A stretch of 49,826 nt of DNA, counting the filler, from Catajapyx aquilonaris (lineage: Eukaryota), in assembly GCA_000934665.2 (NCBI GenBank). It is 3 parts of 3 records of this genome, joined end to end, with 100 filler letters (N's around TTAATTAATTAA, not from the genome) between each part and the next. Parts side by side here need not be neighbours in the genome. Positions count along the whole stretch, not along the records: positions 33,360 to 49,826 come from JYFJ02007193.1; 2 more parts are not named here. The stretch is one strand, 5' to 3'. The position numbers were made by a program, and so were the translations under genes. Below the pieces are notes generated by a model that saw only the letters and a program-made list of their open reading frames with translations, ran no database searches and was not told the DNA's origin. Positions 48,881 through 49,826 of the stretch are shown here, piece by piece; position 1 is the first letter of the stretch; the number at the start of each line of letters is the position of its first letter.

Positions 48881-49142
48881 TTACTATCCCATTTTTAAAA
48901 CACAAAACTCGACTCAACATGATCTTATGGAACTATCCACTAAGTCCGGGACTGCCTGCATCTGTTATATGATCAACAAGCATCATCATGTGCACAGTCG
49001 CAAGCATAAAGGTGGATTCACATATCGGTGATTGCGACCGCATTGGCGACCACTTAACCCTGTCGCATCGTGGGCATGAGATCACACAGCTGCTGGGAGC
49101 TCGGTTCCAGAGCTGGTTGGGACAGGGAATCGTGCTCACATT

Positions 49143-49303
49143 CAGTTCTGGTCATATATCGAGGCAACTGCCAGCGACATTTTCCGAAGGGGCAGAAGAA
49201 GGAATCGAAGATAAGCGTACTTCAAGCATGGGCAAGCAAGATTCCTTCTTCTGCCGCTTCGGAAAATGTCGCTGGCAGTTGCCTCGATATATGACCAACA
49301 CTA
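49143..49303. mobile_element. Hairpin MITE, uninterrupted homolog of 42240-43763
   Basis: Palindromic CATATATCGAGGCAACTGCCAGCGACATTTTCCGAAG.GGCAGAAGAAGGAATC. Confidence 0.85.
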
Positions 49304-49620
49304 CCACCACCACCACCCCCGCACGATCCCATGCCCCAAACACAAAGGTGGACACTCCGCTGATCCGGCCGGCGCATCTCTCAAAGTACAGGCTTGGAAG
49401 ACGTATTTTCCGGACAAACCTACAACCGGCTATGATCAGTAGCCAGCTCCATAGACGTTTGTGAAAGTAAAATAACTTAAGTTTTTAATGCAAGGCAACT
49501 GCAGCGTCCTTAGTGGGAGAAGCGGCGAGGTTCGAAAATGAACCTTGGCTCCAGCTCTTATTGGCTAAAATGGCAAGCTGCGATCCTGTGCCCCCATCAC
49601 CGGTATCTGGATCTAGCATA

Positions 49621-49826
49621 CAGTGCTGGACAAATTAGCCGTCGCTGAATGTTTTTTTCCGGCGGCGGCGGCGTTACCTGGCAACCCCGTCCGGCGGGCC
49701 AGTTCAAACATCAGCCCATGGAGAGCGCTTCCATTGTTGCCACTGTTTACAAATCGAGTGAGTGATGTGCGCAGGCAGAAGAGACCCGTCGCTGGGTCGT
49801 CCGCGTCACTCGCTCGATTTGTAAAC
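49621..49826. mobile_element. MITE truncated by the window end
   Basis: TA|CAGTGCTGGACAAATT start; central palindrome GTTTACAAATCGAG.GAGTGA...TCACTCGCTCGATTTGTAAAC. Confidence 0.6.

Noticed and set aside
49671..49690. CAG|gtaacg as a first-exon donor in a CpG-rich region
   Set aside because: Lies inside the MITE that starts at 49621.

Overview
Eukaryotic genomic DNA, probably arthropod, very repeat-rich, with two 100-bp scaffold gaps. No intact protein-coding gene or autonomous transposon lies fully inside. About 1-33 kb and 41.3-49.8 kb are intron-like and packed with nested MITEs (Tc1/mariner, pogo/Tigger, hAT, PIF/Harbinger, Academ-like foldbacks; many with readable TIRs and TSDs), tRNA-derived SINEs with swapped modules, and decayed LINEs. 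Minus-strand exon candidates lie at 30235-30324, 44160-44420 and 48030-48169. The stand-out feature is an ~8 kb block (33360-41268) with no recognisable MITE or SINE. It is a mosaic of short internal CODING fragments from about ten unrelated mobile-element classes: Polinton pPolB, pogo DDE, Academ, gypsy integrase, PC4, THAP9/P, R1 LINE, Myb/SANT, R2-like Myb, and possibly Helitron and Tx1. Every fragment I can assign reads on the + strand. A minus-strand splice acceptor marks the block's right edge, so a spliced minus-strand RNA would be antisense to all of them. This resembles a compact flamenco-like piRNA source or 'transposon memory' locus; the one junction I could resolve points to microhomology-mediated capture rather than ordinary transposition. 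Family assignments come from manual translation and remembered motifs, not from database searches.
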